Origin: Eledone cirrhosa
Taxonomy: Eukaryota
Reading direction: 5' to 3'
Length of the DNA: 64,000 nucleotides
Assembly (NCBI GenBank): GCA_964016885.1
Contig: OZ024746.1
Location: 76,756,001-76,820,000 of the forward strand
In this document: piece after piece, positions 40,651-55,147 of the stretch
Layout: the number at the start of each line of letters is the position of its first letter
Position numbering within the stretch: position 1 is the first letter of the stretch
Made by a program: the position numbers and the translations under genes
Notes under the pieces: generated by a model
Told to the model about the DNA's origin: nothing
Database searches by the model: none
What the model saw: the letters and a program-made list of their open reading frames with translations, nothing else

Positions 40651-42113
40651 TATTTATTGGTAATGTATGGATATTTTTACAAACCAATCTTTTCCCCAGT
40701 CAGATAGTATTTTCCATTTTGTATAAATCTAGAAGAAACTTTAGTCCATAATTGACAGTTATCCTTGCCTCTACAGTTTATTTACGTTACTCCTTTCATC
40801 CGTGACTTAAGCTACTGTCTTATCAGATGTTTGCAAAAGTTTGTCACATACGAATTTCCAGTTGTCCTCTATATTATATGTACCTATTGAATCCTCTAGG
40901 GCCTTTCTAAACCTATATTTAACTGAAAGTCTTTTAGCTTCCAAACCCTCCATCTCAATATTTTCCTGTGTATCTTGTTCTGTCATGTGCTTATTTTGAT
41001 GTCGCTAATAACTAACTTGTGTTGGGCAGTGCATTCTTCCCCAGGGAAGGCCTTAGTGTTTATTACAGACCATTTATCTTGTTGCCTTATGAGTAAGTAA
41101 TCAATTTGGCTTGAGCGTTCACCTGATTGATATGAAATCAGGTGGCTGGCTGGTTTCCTGAAATTTATGTTGCAGATGGTTAGTTCATTCACATCGCAGA
41201 ATTCCAGGAGTCTCAATCCCTCTTCATTTCTTGAGCCATAACCTTAACTGCCATGAACTCTACAGAATCCATCCTGGTACTGTCCCACATGTCCATTGAA
41301 GTCACCTGAAATTTCCTGTAAAAGTTCCTCATAGAACCTGTCCTTTTGTTCTTTACCCAGTCCTGCATGTGGAGCATAGCTAGATGTGATTGTCACCAGT
41401 CTATTTCCTACAGCTATTCTAAGCTCGATGATTCTGTCACTCAAACTACCTCTATCACCTTATCTACCCATTTCTTAGCTAGCAAGATGCCTACACCTCC
41501 TACTCCATTATTATTTCCTACCCAGTAGACTATATATCTCTGTTGTTTACCTGTGATTAGTCTTGCACACGCACCCTTCTATCTCACTTCTTGTATACAG
41601 CATACATCTACTTCTCTTCTCTGTAACAGTTCCACAATTTCACCTGATTCACCTTTCAGGATTCCAACATTGAGGGTAGCAATCTTGAGATTTGTACCTT
41701 GACAATTGCTGTTATTTCCTTGGGTAGAGGTTCTATGTACCAGAAAGGAAAAAAGGCTTAATGACGGTAAAAGGGTTCTCGCACATAGCTACTCTAGCCA
41801 CCCCACTACCATGTGCAGCACTAACATGACTACAGTTAGCCCTGTATATGCAATTAATGAAAATCGTATTTGGGCTTGTCATATTTTTGGCAAGGTTATT
41901 CTGGTTGGATGCCCTTCTTATCATCAACTACTTTACAGCATGGACTGGATGCATTATTCGGGCCACCAGCACTAGAGGAGTTGTTTTACTGGACTCAAGA
42001 GTCCTCTCCACCCTATATCAATTTTTTTATTTGGAATGTCTACTCTCCTAGACGTGTTGCCTTCACTACGGCTTACAAAGTCCCCGCCTGTCCCATACAG
42101 CTGTTTTTAATCA

Positions 42114-43044
42114 GAGTCACTGCTCTCCTAGATGAGTTGCCTTCACTACAGCTTATCTGCCCCAAGCAGTCATTTTTAGTTGGAGTCACTGCCCTCCTAG
42201 ATGTGTGCCTTCACTACAGCTTATCTGCCCCAAGCAGTCATTTTTAGTTGGAGTCACTGCCCTCCTAGATGAGTTGCCTTCACTACAGCTTATCTGCCCC
42301 AAGCAGTCATTTTTAGTTGGAGTCACTGCCCTCCTAGATGAGTTGCCTTCACTACAGCTTATCTGCCCCAAGCAGTCATTTTTAGTTGGAGTCACTGCCC
42401 TCCTAGATGTGTGCCTTCACTACAGCTTATCTGCCCCAAGCAGTCATTTTTAGTTGGAGTCACTGCCCTCCTAGATGAGTTGCCTTCACTACAGCTTATC
42501 TGCCCCAAGCAGTCATTTTTAGTTGGAGTCACTGCCCTCCTAGATGTGTGCCTTCACTACAGCTTATCTGCCCCAAGCAGTCATTTTTAGTTGGAGTCAC
42601 TGCCCTCCTAGATGTGTGCCTTCACTACAGCTTATCTGCCCCAAGCAGTCATTTTTAGTTGGAGTCACTGCCCTCCTAGATGAGTTGCCTTCACTACAGC
42701 TTATCTGCCCCAAGCAGTCATTTTTAGTTGGAGTCACTGCCCTCCTAGATGTGTGCCTTCACTACAGCTTATCTGCCCCAAGCAGTCATTTTTAGTTGGA
42801 GTTACTGCCCTCCTAGATGAGTTGCCTTCACTACAGCTTATCTGCCCCAAGCAGTCATTTTTAGTTGGAGTCACTGCCCTCCTAGATGAGTTGCCTTCAC
42901 TACAGCTTATCTGCCCCAAGCAGTCATTTTTAGTTGGAGTCACTGCCCTCCTAGATGTGTGCCTTCACTACAGCTTATCTGCCCCAAGCAGTCATTTTTA
43001 GTTGGAGTCACTGCCCTCCTAGATGTGTGCCTTCACTACAGCTT
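42114..43044. repeat. 68/69-bp minisatellite, ~13.6 units
   Basis: 14 unit starts counted. Confidence 0.95.
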
Positions 43045-44510
43045 GTGGAGTCCACATCTGTCGCGTGCAATTTTTCCGACCTTGGTGAGTGTAACAGGGC
43101 AGGTGAGGAAAGCAATGGTCAAGATGGTTGAGGAGTTTGGGAGCCAGGTGCAAAGCAATGTCAGCTAGAACAGCTAACAGGATGGTGGTGGATAGGGAAC
43201 AGGTGGGATGTGGAGATGATAGAGCCATAGGCTGGGTTTTACTTTGAAAGAGACAGTACAGGAATGCTGCATTTTTTGCTTGTTTAGAATTAATCGAGAC
43301 CGGAGAATGGAGGAGTGGTGATAGAGCCATGAAGTTAGTTGAGGAAGAAAAAGAAGGAGAAGCATTTAAAAAGCATATCATAGATATAACGAGCAAATCC
43401 ATATAGGCTTCATTTGAACTTAGAATGTCTCTTTGAGTAAAACATAAAACATTTTGAATGAAAATATTGATAACTTCTTTAACTCTATACTGTCAATTTT
43501 GATAGCTGGTTCCTCTGTTGGGTCAGCTGAGAGTAGTCTATCTTCCTCTCATTCATCAGTTCTCATAGTAACATTTCCAGACCTCTTTTGTTTGGACATC
43601 AGTGATGCTAAGTGCACCAATGTCCTTTTGAGCACACTTTTCCTCAACATACTGCTTCACACTAATACAGTGCTTTGTAATGCAGAACACATCACGTCTC
43701 TGATCCTTATATTGCAAGATATTGGTAATCCTCCTTTCAGCCTCTTTGCATGCTATATATACTTGTCTAGCTTTTCTTTTAGCTACCTGGCACTGGTCTC
43801 TGCTGTCTCCATGCCTGACTTTTGGCTTTAACATTCTATTCACTATACTGATCTACCATCAGGCCACTCTTTGTCTGGCTGAAGCAAAGCACCAACTATA
43901 AGTCTCATCAGTAGTCTGTAGTAGGTTGTCATGTAGAAACTTCTAATTGTCCTTTATATGAATCTAACTTATCTTCTCTATCATTATATGCAACATGTAA
44001 AGCTTTCCTGAACCTATACTTAACAGAAAGGTGCTTTAGCTTCCAAATACTCATCCTCCAGATTTTTCTACATTTTAAGTTCTGATGTAATAACTAACTT
44101 TTGTTGGCCTGTGATTTCTTCTCTGGGGAAGGCGTTAACATTTATGATCATCTGTTTATCTCATTTCCTAACAAGAAGTCAATCTGGTTCACTTGTTCAC
44201 TTGATTGGTAGGTGATCAGGTGGCTAGCCAGTGCTGCAAATGGTTAGTTCATTTGCATCATAGAATTCTAGAAGCCTCATACAGTCTTCAGTTCTCAAGC
44301 CATAACACAGGTGTAGTCATCCTGGTGCTGCCCAACATGTTCATTGAAATCACCAGCAAGGATAATGAGGTTTCTGTCATCTGTAACTGACGTTGTCTGT
44401 AAAAGTTCCAAATATAAGCAGTCCTTTTATTCCTTACTTAGTTCTGCCTGTGGTGCATAGCTTGAGATAATTCTCATCATTCTATTGCCTATGACTATTC
44501 TGAGTTTGAT

Positions 44511-45887
44511 AATTCCAAACCTGGAAGCAGGGACTAGAGAGAAAGGGCCTCAAAGTCAACATGACAAAGACTAAGGTCCTTATAAGTAGACGAGAAAACA
44601 GAACCCAGATCCCCTCAGGGAAATGGCCTTGCTCAGTATGTAGGAAAGGTGTAGGTAGGAACTCCATTCTCTGCCCCAAATGCAAACAATGGGTACACAA
44701 GAGATGTAGCGGGATCTCAGGAAGCTTAATTAAGAATGTAGGATTCACATGCAGCAGCTGTGCTGAAACAGCAAGCAAACAGCCACAGGAAACAAGTACC
44801 ACCAATCTCTGGGAGGGCCCTGTAGAAACAGTAGACAGCTTCTGCTACCTAGGTGACCGAATTAGCAACGGAGGTGGGTGCTCAGAAAGTACAATAACTA
44901 GGGTAAGAACGGGATGGAAGAAGTTTAGGGAACTACTACCACTGCTAGCTGCAAAAGGCTTCTCCCTCAGAATGAAAGGCAGACTGTATGATGCGTGTAT
45001 CCGAACAGCGATGTTGCATGGTAGTGAGACCTGGGCGCTGAAGGTGGAAGACTTACGTAGATTAGAGAGAAACGAAGCCTGCATGCTCCGATGGATGTGT
45101 AACAGTAATATACGTGAACGACAAAGCATAAAGGAATTGAGAGAGAGACTGAGCATAAGAGGAATCAAATGCTGCGTACAGGAGAGGCGGTTACGCTGGT
45201 ATGGACATGTGATGCGTATGAAGGATGACAGCTGCATAAAAAGGTGCAGAGCACTAGAAGTTGATGGAAACCGCGGAGTGGGGAGACCCAAGATGACTTG
45301 GGATGAGGTGATAAAAGCCGACCTTACCCAACTACACCTCTCAAAGTCAATGACACACGACCGTGACTTCTGGCGTCACGCAGTAATACAGGGTACCCGA
45401 CCTCCCATGGGTACATGCTGAAGCATATAAACAATATGCCCCCCCCCCCCCCCCCCCCACCGCAAGGTGGTCGTGGAGGTGCCACGGCAAAAAAGCACCC
45501 AGCCCACACTGTAAAGTGGACGTGTAGGCGCCACGAAAAAGCACCCAGCACTCACTCGCGGAGGTGCCACGGCAAAAAAGCACCCAGCCCACACTGTAAA
45601 GTGGACGTGTAGGCGCCACGAAAAAGCACCCAGCACTCACTCGTGGAGGTGCCACGGCAAAAAAGCACCCAGCCCACACTGTAAAGTGGACGTGTAGGCG
45701 CCACAAAAAAGCACCCAGCACTCACTGTAAATGAGGTTGGTGTTAGGAAGGGCATCCAGCTGTAGAAATCAAGCCAGATCAGTTCCTGTATGAGCAAGGC
45801 ATGGTCAGCCGACCAGACACTGCCCACAACAGGACAACCCGTCTAACCCATGCTAGCGTGGAAGAACGGACGTAAAACGGTGATGAT
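44511..45887 (+). mobile_element. RTE-A truncated copy, unit 2
   Basis: ORF 44561-45421 identical to unit 1. Confidence 0.95.
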
Positions 45888-46504
45888 AATTCTGTCTCTT
45901 ACCCTAACAACTTTGATTACCTTATCTATCTACTTCTCAGCTAGTAGAATGCCTACTCCACCTACCCCATCATCATTCTCTACCCAGAAAATCTGTGTTG
46001 TTTGCCTGTGGGTAGTCTTGCTGAAGTGCCACTCCCTCTCACTTCTTGAGCACAGCATACATCCACTTATCTGCTTTCAAGTAACTCAACAATTTCTCCA
46101 GATCTTCGTTTCAGAGTGCCCACATTAAGAGTGGTAGCCCTAAGATGTGCTACCTGACAGTTGTGGTTATAGCGAAATCTCTTCACACACTGACCCCCAG
46201 ATGACACCTAGCTTTCAATGTTCAGTAATCTGGGGTGACGTCAGTTTGTCTGGAGTGTCAGGTCATTTTTGAGGTAAAAGCAAGATAACTTCTTTCAATC
46301 AGTCTACTCTGGTCCCTCGAAAGAGACGCATCAAATCGACCTGCTCAAGCAACTAGCAAGATGTAGCACTTAGCAAAAAACTTTGGCCCTCTCAACAAGG
46401 GCCCAGCAACATTCTTCCATCTGCATTTCATCACATCAACATAAGTTTTGGTAAATACTTTTTAATTATACATGGACAATTATACATGGATAATTTAATT
46501 ATAC

Positions 46505-47324
46505 AGGGAGTTGGGTGAAGCTCTACAGCAATGGAGTGAGTTGGGCTTGTCTCTTTCTGAGAAAGTGGAGGACAGTCGAAGTCAGAGAACTTGGGACAGC
46601 ATAAGTTCGAAGGCCACCTTCGACTCCCTCTTAGTCAGATCAGTTTGCAAACGCCAAATACTCAGGCAACTGAGTTGATGCCCTACCCGTGGCCAACTCA
46701 ACCTGGATGAACTCCGTGTCTCCATCGCCCTCAGAGTGGGAGCTGACGTCTGCATGGGTTTAAGGTGCCGATGCGGCAAACTCCTAAACTCCACAGACCT
46801 CCACGGTCTTTCTTGCCGCCTGAATGCCGGCCGCTTCGCACGTCATACGGAGATAAACCTCATCCACAAGAGAGCTTTGGCCCGGGCGAACATCGTCGCA
46901 GTCTTGGAACCATCTGGGTTGTCCGAAAGTGACAGCAAAAGACCTGACGGCCTTACCCTGTGCCCCTGGTCTAGAGGCAGGTGCTTTGTCTGGGACGTCA
47001 CTTAGTGACTCTTTTGCTCTCTCCCACATCCTGGATGCTGCGGTTAGCACGGGAGCCACAGCTTCTGCAGCCGAGCGGAGTAAGACCCTCAAATATTCTG
47101 ATCTGTCGGCCAGCTACCTTTTTCAGCCTGTGGCTTTCGAGACGTTTGAGGGAGTCGGGCCGCTGACTGCGAGGTTCCTCTCTTCACTGGCGGCTTGCTT
47201 AATAGAGGTAACTGGCGAATCTCGCGAGGGCGCCTGGCTGTTCCAGCAACGCTGCGAGTGTGCTGGCTTGCTTCAAAAGTCATTAGAGAGGTCGCCCAGT
47301 ACCCCTCGCTGCTGTCTTTTGCTC
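46505..47324 (+). mobile_element. CRE-clade fragment, unit 2
   Basis: ORFs 46736-47005 and 46929-47405. Confidence 0.85.
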
Positions 47325-49937
47325 TGGTGTTGGCTCGGTTGTTCACCCCTTCCTTTACATTTTCTTTACTGTTTTAAACAAGGATTTGTTTGTTTGTTTT
47401 TTTAGTACTGTTTGGTATTCCTTCTTAAGTTTCCACACAGTTTTTTTTCCTCTCTTCTTTTATTTAAACATTGTCTTTCTCCCTTCCCTTCCCCTAAACC
47501 TTTTCCTTACTTTCGTTATTTAATTTTTTTCCAAACAAACGGCTGTAAGGAGAAGATTTGAGAGAAAGAGCTTCGTAAAGGCTTAGAAATGAAACTGAAG
47601 AACAAGCGACAGCAAAGAAAGAATATGAGTAAAAGAGTTTCGTAAAGGATTACAAACGAAACAGAAGAAAATAGTCCGCAGTCGGAATATGAGACAAAAG
47701 AGACGATTCAAAAACAGCAAAAAATACCAATGCAATGAGAGCTGGCCGTATAAATGATGCAGGATTTATAGCTAATTATGATAATTGTTTCTACTTTTGG
47801 CACAAGGCCAGCAATTATTCCAGTGTATTACTGGTTTTTTTATTTTATTGACTGCGTCAGAATGAAAGGCAAAGTTAATCTCGGTGGGATTTGAACTCAG
47901 ACCATAAAGGGCCGTACCTCTATACTGCAAGGCACGGCGTCCGACCCTCCACCGATACTGCCAATTTAGAAAACAGATTTTGTTTATATTTAAACAAATA
48001 CAACAATTAGCAGTCATTTGTTTACGGCACGGGCCAGCTAGTCGTTAATATTCTGCGAAATTTCATTAATAAAGGAGATTTGGTTGAAATTATCGCAAAA
48101 AAGATAAACCAAGGATATATATAGAAGAAAAATGTCAAGCTCTAACTTTAGGAAAAACTTAAAAGAAAACAATATTTTAAGCTTAAATTTCAGAATATAC
48201 TTACAAGAAATTTCCATCAACTTCTGGTTTCAAGCAAAGCTGACGTCAATTTTTCTATTTTGTATTTGAATGTATTTAATTAAGTTTCAAGATATTTTCT
48301 ATAGCTTTGATTATATATTTTTGTGTATTATAATTGGATATACTGTGATTATTTAAGCCGTTAAAACTGCTATAAAAACAAAAACAAAAAATAAGATTTT
48401 GTTCGAAAATAAAATGTAACCTAATATTAAATTGCATGTAGACTTGAAATCAAGTCTATTTCCTGTTTCGTTATTATTTATTGGTAATGTATGGATATTT
48501 TTACAAACCAATCTTTTCCCCAGTCAGATAGTATTTTCCATTTTGTATAAATCTAGAAGAAACTTTAGTCCATAATTGACAGTTATCCTTGCCTCTACAG
48601 TTTATTTACGTTACTCCTTTCATCCGTGACTTAAGCTACTGTCTTATCAGATGTTTGCAAAAGTTTGTCACATACGAATTTCCAGTTGTCCTCTATATTA
48701 TATGTACCTATTGAATCCTCTAGGGCCTTTCTAAACCTATATTTAACTGAAAGTCTTTTAGCTTCCAAACCCTCCATCTCAATATTTTCCTGTGTATCTT
48801 GTTCTGTCATGTGCTTATTTTGATGTCGCTAATAACTAACTTGTGTTGGGCAGTGCATTCTTCCCCAGGGAAGGCCTTAGTGTTTATTACAGACCATTTA
48901 TCTTGTTGCCTTATGAGTAAGTAATCAATTTGGCTTGAGCGTTCACCTGATTGATATGAAATCAGGTGGCTGGCTGGTTTCCTGAAATTTATGTTGCAGA
49001 TGGTTAGTTCATTCACATCGCAGAATTCCAGGAGTCTCAATCCCTCTTCATTTCTTGAGCCATAACCTTAACTGCCATGAACTCTACAGAATCCATCCTG
49101 GTACTGTCCCACATGTCCATTGAAGTCACCTGAAATTTCCTGTAAAAGTTCCTCATAGAACCTGTCCTTTTGTTCTTTACCCAGTCCTGCATGTGGAGCA
49201 TAGCTAGATGTGATTGTCACCAGTCTATTTCCTACAGCTATTCTAAGCTCGATGATTCTGTCACTCAAACTACCTCTATCACCTTATCTACCCATTTCTT
49301 AGCTAGCAAGATGCCTACACCTCCTACTCCATTATTATTTCCTACCCAGTAGACTATATATCTCTGTTGTTTACCTGTGATTAGTCTTGCACACGCACCC
49401 TTCTATCTCACTTCTTGTATACAGCATACATCTACTTCTCTTCTCTGTAACAGTTCCACAATTTCACCTGATTCACCTTTCAGGATTCCAACATTGAGGG
49501 TAGCAATCTTGAGATTTGTACCTTGACAATTGCTGTTATTTCCTTGGGTAGAGGTTCTATGTACCAGAAAGGAAAAAAGGCTTAATGACGGTAAAAGGGT
49601 TCTCGCACATAGCTACTCTAGCCACCCCACTACCATGTGCAGCACTAACATGACTACAGTTAGCCCTGTATATGCAATTAATGAAAATCGTATTTGGGCT
49701 TGTCATATTTTTGGCAAGGTTATTCTGGTTGGATGCCCTTCTTATCATCAACTACTTTACAGCATGGACTGGATGCATTATTCGGGCCACCAGCACTAGA
49801 GGAGTTGTTTTACTGGACTCAAGAGTCCTCTCCACCCTATATCAATTTTTTTATTTGGAATGTCTACTCTCCTAGACGTGTTGCCTTCACTACGGCTTAC
49901 AAAGTCCCCGCCTGTCCCATACAGCTGTTTTTAATCA

Positions 49938-50868
49938 GAGTCACTGCTCTCCTAGATGAGTTGCCTTCACTACAGCTTATCTGCCCCAAGCAGTCATTTT
50001 TAGTTGGAGTCACTGCCCTCCTAGATGTGTGCCTTCACTACAGCTTATCTGCCCCAAGCAGTCATTTTTAGTTGGAGTCACTGCCCTCCTAGATGAGTTG
50101 CCTTCACTACAGCTTATCTGCCCCAAGCAGTCATTTTTAGTTGGAGTCACTGCCCTCCTAGATGAGTTGCCTTCACTACAGCTTATCTGCCCCAAGCAGT
50201 CATTTTTAGTTGGAGTCACTGCCCTCCTAGATGTGTGCCTTCACTACAGCTTATCTGCCCCAAGCAGTCATTTTTAGTTGGAGTCACTGCCCTCCTAGAT
50301 GAGTTGCCTTCACTACAGCTTATCTGCCCCAAGCAGTCATTTTTAGTTGGAGTCACTGCCCTCCTAGATGTGTGCCTTCACTACAGCTTATCTGCCCCAA
50401 GCAGTCATTTTTAGTTGGAGTCACTGCCCTCCTAGATGTGTGCCTTCACTACAGCTTATCTGCCCCAAGCAGTCATTTTTAGTTGGAGTCACTGCCCTCC
50501 TAGATGAGTTGCCTTCACTACAGCTTATCTGCCCCAAGCAGTCATTTTTAGTTGGAGTCACTGCCCTCCTAGATGTGTGCCTTCACTACAGCTTATCTGC
50601 CCCAAGCAGTCATTTTTAGTTGGAGTTACTGCCCTCCTAGATGAGTTGCCTTCACTACAGCTTATCTGCCCCAAGCAGTCATTTTTAGTTGGAGTCACTG
50701 CCCTCCTAGATGAGTTGCCTTCACTACAGCTTATCTGCCCCAAGCAGTCATTTTTAGTTGGAGTCACTGCCCTCCTAGATGTGTGCCTTCACTACAGCTT
50801 ATCTGCCCCAAGCAGTCATTTTTAGTTGGAGTCACTGCCCTCCTAGATGTGTGCCTTCACTACAGCTT
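49938..50868. repeat. 68/69-bp minisatellite, ~13.6 units
   Basis: Same array as in unit 2. Confidence 0.95.
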
Positions 50869-52334
50869 GTGGAGTCCACATCTGTCGCGTGCAATTTTTC
50901 CGACCTTGGTGAGTGTAACAGGGCAGGTGAGGAAAGCAATGGTCAAGATGGTTGAGGAGTTTGGGAGCCAGGTGCAAAGCAATGTCAGCTAGAACAGCTA
51001 ACAGGATGGTGGTGGATAGGGAACAGGTGGGATGTGGAGATGATAGAGCCATAGGCTGGGTTTTACTTTGAAAGAGACAGTACAGGAATGCTGCATTTTT
51101 TGCTTGTTTAGAATTAATCGAGACCGGAGAATGGAGGAGTGGTGATAGAGCCATGAAGTTAGTTGAGGAAGAAAAAGAAGGAGAAGCATTTAAAAAGCAT
51201 ATCATAGATATAACGAGCAAATCCATATAGGCTTCATTTGAACTTAGAATGTCTCTTTGAGTAAAACATAAAACATTTTGAATGAAAATATTGATAACTT
51301 CTTTAACTCTATACTGTCAATTTTGATAGCTGGTTCCTCTGTTGGGTCAGCTGAGAGTAGTCTATCTTCCTCTCATTCATCAGTTCTCATAGTAACATTT
51401 CCAGACCTCTTTTGTTTGGACATCAGTGATGCTAAGTGCACCAATGTCCTTTTGAGCACACTTTTCCTCAACATACTGCTTCACACTAATACAGTGCTTT
51501 GTAATGCAGAACACATCACGTCTCTGATCCTTATATTGCAAGATATTGGTAATCCTCCTTTCAGCCTCTTTGCATGCTATATATACTTGTCTAGCTTTTC
51601 TTTTAGCTACCTGGCACTGGTCTCTGCTGTCTCCATGCCTGACTTTTGGCTTTAACATTCTATTCACTATACTGATCTACCATCAGGCCACTCTTTGTCT
51701 GGCTGAAGCAAAGCACCAACTATAAGTCTCATCAGTAGTCTGTAGTAGGTTGTCATGTAGAAACTTCTAATTGTCCTTTATATGAATCTAACTTATCTTC
51801 TCTATCATTATATGCAACATGTAAAGCTTTCCTGAACCTATACTTAACAGAAAGGTGCTTTAGCTTCCAAATACTCATCCTCCAGATTTTTCTACATTTT
51901 AAGTTCTGATGTAATAACTAACTTTTGTTGGCCTGTGATTTCTTCTCTGGGGAAGGCGTTAACATTTATGATCATCTGTTTATCTCATTTCCTAACAAGA
52001 AGTCAATCTGGTTCACTTGTTCACTTGATTGGTAGGTGATCAGGTGGCTAGCCAGTGCTGCAAATGGTTAGTTCATTTGCATCATAGAATTCTAGAAGCC
52101 TCATACAGTCTTCAGTTCTCAAGCCATAACACAGGTGTAGTCATCCTGGTGCTGCCCAACATGTTCATTGAAATCACCAGCAAGGATAATGAGGTTTCTG
52201 TCATCTGTAACTGACGTTGTCTGTAAAAGTTCCAAATATAAGCAGTCCTTTTATTCCTTACTTAGTTCTGCCTGTGGTGCATAGCTTGAGATAATTCTCA
52301 TCATTCTATTGCCTATGACTATTCTGAGTTTGAT

Positions 52335-53710
52335 AATTCCAAACCTGGAAGCAGGGACTAGAGAGAAAGGGCCTCAAAGTCAACATGACAAAGACTAAGG
52401 TCCTTATAAGTAGACGAGAAAACAGAACCCAGATCCCCTCAGGGAAATGGCCTTGCTCAGTATGTAGGAAAGGTGTAGGTAGGAACTCCATTCTCTGCCC
52501 CAAATGCAAACAATGGGTACACAAGAGATGTAGCGGGATCTCAGGAAGCTTAATTAAGAATGTAGGATTCACATGCAGCAGCTGTGCTGAAACAGCAAGC
52601 AAACAGCCACAGGAAACAAGTACCACCAATCTCTGGGAGGGCCCTGTAGAAACAGTAGACAGCTTCTGCTACCTAGGTGACCGAATTAGCAACGGAGGTG
52701 GGTGCTCAGAAAGTACAATAACTAGGGTAAGAACGGGATGGAAGAAGTTTAGGGAACTACTACCACTGCTAGCTGCAAAAGGCTTCTCCCTCAGAATGAA
52801 AGGCAGACTGTATGATGCGTGTATCCGAACAGCGATGTTGCATGGTAGTGAGACCTGGGCGCTGAAGGTGGAAGACTTACGTAGATTAGAGAGAAACGAA
52901 GCCTGCATGCTCCGATGGATGTGTAACAGTAATATACGTGAACGACAAAGCATAAAGGAATTGAGAGAGAGACTGAGCATAAGAGGAATCAAATGCTGCG
53001 TACAGGAGAGGCGGTTACGCTGGTATGGACATGTGATGCGTATGAAGGATGACAGCTGCATAAAAAGGTGCAGAGCACTAGAAGTTGATGGAAACCGCGG
53101 AGTGGGGAGACCCAAGATGACTTGGGATGAGGTGATAAAAGCCGACCTTACCCAACTACACCTCTCAAAGTCAATGACACACGACCGTGACTTCTGGCGT
53201 CACGCAGTAATACAGGGTACCCGACCTCCCATGGGTACATGCTGAAGCATATAAACAATATGCCCCCCCCCCCCCCCCCCCACCGCAAGGTGGTCGTGGA
53301 GGTGCCACGGCAAAAAAGCACCCAGCCCACACTGTAAAGTGGACGTGTAGGCGCCACGAAAAAGCACCCAGCACTCACTCGTGGAGGTGCCACGGCAAAA
53401 AAGCACCCAGCCCACACTGTAAAGTGGACGTGTAGGCGCCACGAAAAAGCACCCAGCACTCACTCGTGGAGGTGCCACGGCAAAAAAGCACCCAGCCCAC
53501 ACTGTAAAGTGGACGTGTAGGCGCCACAAAAAAGCACCCAGCACTCACTGTAAATGAGGTTGGTGTTAGGAAGGGCATCCAGCTGTAGAAATCAAGCCAG
53601 ATCAGTTCCTGTATGAGCAAGGCATGGTCAGCCGACCAGACACTGCCCACAACAGGACAACCCGTCTAACCCATGCTAGCGTGGAAGAACGGACGTAAAA
53701 CGGTGATGAT
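52335..53710 (+). mobile_element. RTE-A truncated copy, unit 3
   Basis: ORF 52385-53245 identical to unit 1. Confidence 0.95.
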
Positions 53711-54327
53711 AATTCTGTCTCTTACCCTAACAACTTTGATTACCTTATCTATCTACTTCTCAGCTAGTAGAATGCCTACTCCACCTACCCCATCATCATT
53801 CTCTACCCAGAAAATCTGTGTTGTTTGCCTGTGGGTAGTCTTGCTGAAGTGCCACTCCCTCTCACTTCTTGAGCACAGCATACATCCACTTATCTGCTTT
53901 CAAGTAACTCAACAATTTCTCCAGATCTTCGTTTCAGAGTGCCCACATTAAGAGTGGTAGCCCTAAGATGTGCTACCTGACAGTTGTGGTTATAGCGAAA
54001 TCTCTTCACACACTGACCCCCAGATGACACCTAGCTTTCAATGTTCAGTAATCTGGGGTGACGTCAGTTTGTCTGGAGTGTCAGGTCATTTTTGAGGTAA
54101 AAGCAAGATAACTTCTTTCAATCAGTCTACTCTGGTCCCTCGAAAGAGACGCATCAAATCGACCTGCTCAAGCAACTAGCAAGATGTAGCACTTAGCAAA
54201 AAACTTTGGCCCTCTCAACAAGGGCCCAGCAACATTCTTCCATCTGCATTTCATCACATCAACATAAGTTTTGGTAAATACTTTTTAATTATACATGGAC
54301 AATTATACATGGATAATTTAATTATAC

Positions 54328-55147
54328 AGGGAGTTGGGTGAAGCTCTACAGCAATGGAGTGAGTTGGGCTTGTCTCTTTCTGAGAAAGTGGAGGACAGTC
54401 GAAGTCAGAGAACTTGGGACAGCATAAGTTCGAAGGCCACCTTCGACTCCCTCTTAGTCAGATCAGTTTGCAAACGCCAAATACTCAGGCAACTGAGTTG
54501 ATGCCCTACCCGTGGCCAACTCAACCTGGATGAACTCCGTGTCTCCATCGCCCTCAGAGTGGGAGCTGACGTCTGCATGGGTTTAAGGTGCCGATGCGGC
54601 AAACTCCTAAACTCCACAGACCTCCACGGTCTTTCTTGCCGCCTGAATGCCGGCCGCTTCGCACGTCATACGGAGATAAACCTCATCCACAAGAGAGCTT
54701 TGGCCCGGGCGAACATCGTCGCAGTCTTGGAACCATCTGGGTTGTCCGAAAGTGACAGCAAAAGACCTGACGGCCTTACCCTGTGCCCCTGGTCTAGAGG
54801 CAGGTGCTTTGTCTGGGACGTCACTTAGTGACTCTTTTGCTCTCTCCCACATCCTGGATGCTGCGGTTAGCACGGGAGCCACAGCTTCTGCAGCCGAGCG
54901 GAGTAAGACCCTCAAATATTCTGATCTGTCGGCCAGCTACCTTTTTCAGCCTGTGGCTTTCGAGACGTTTGAGGGAGTCGGGCCGCTGACTGCGAGGTTC
55001 CTCTCTTCACTGGCGGCTTGCTTAATAGAGGTAACTGGCGAATCTCGCGAGGGCGCCTGGCTGTTCCAGCAACGCTGCGAGTGTGCTGGCTTGCTTCAAA
55101 AGTCATTAGAGAGGTCGCCCAGTACCCCTCGCTGCTGTCTTTTGCTC
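54328..55147 (+). mobile_element. CRE-clade fragment, unit 3
   Basis: ORFs 54559-54828 and 54752-55228. Confidence 0.85.

Larger units (their letters stand above)
33683..40821. repeat. Tandem unit 1 (7139 bp)
   Basis: ORF offset 33844 to 40983; boundary at ATCAGATGTTTGC. Confidence 0.95.
40822..48645. repeat. Tandem unit 2 (7824 bp)
   Basis: ORF offset 40983 to 48807. Confidence 0.96.

Noticed and set aside
42114-43044. CRISPR-like array
   Set aside because: Contiguous units with no unique spacers, no cas genes, eukaryotic context
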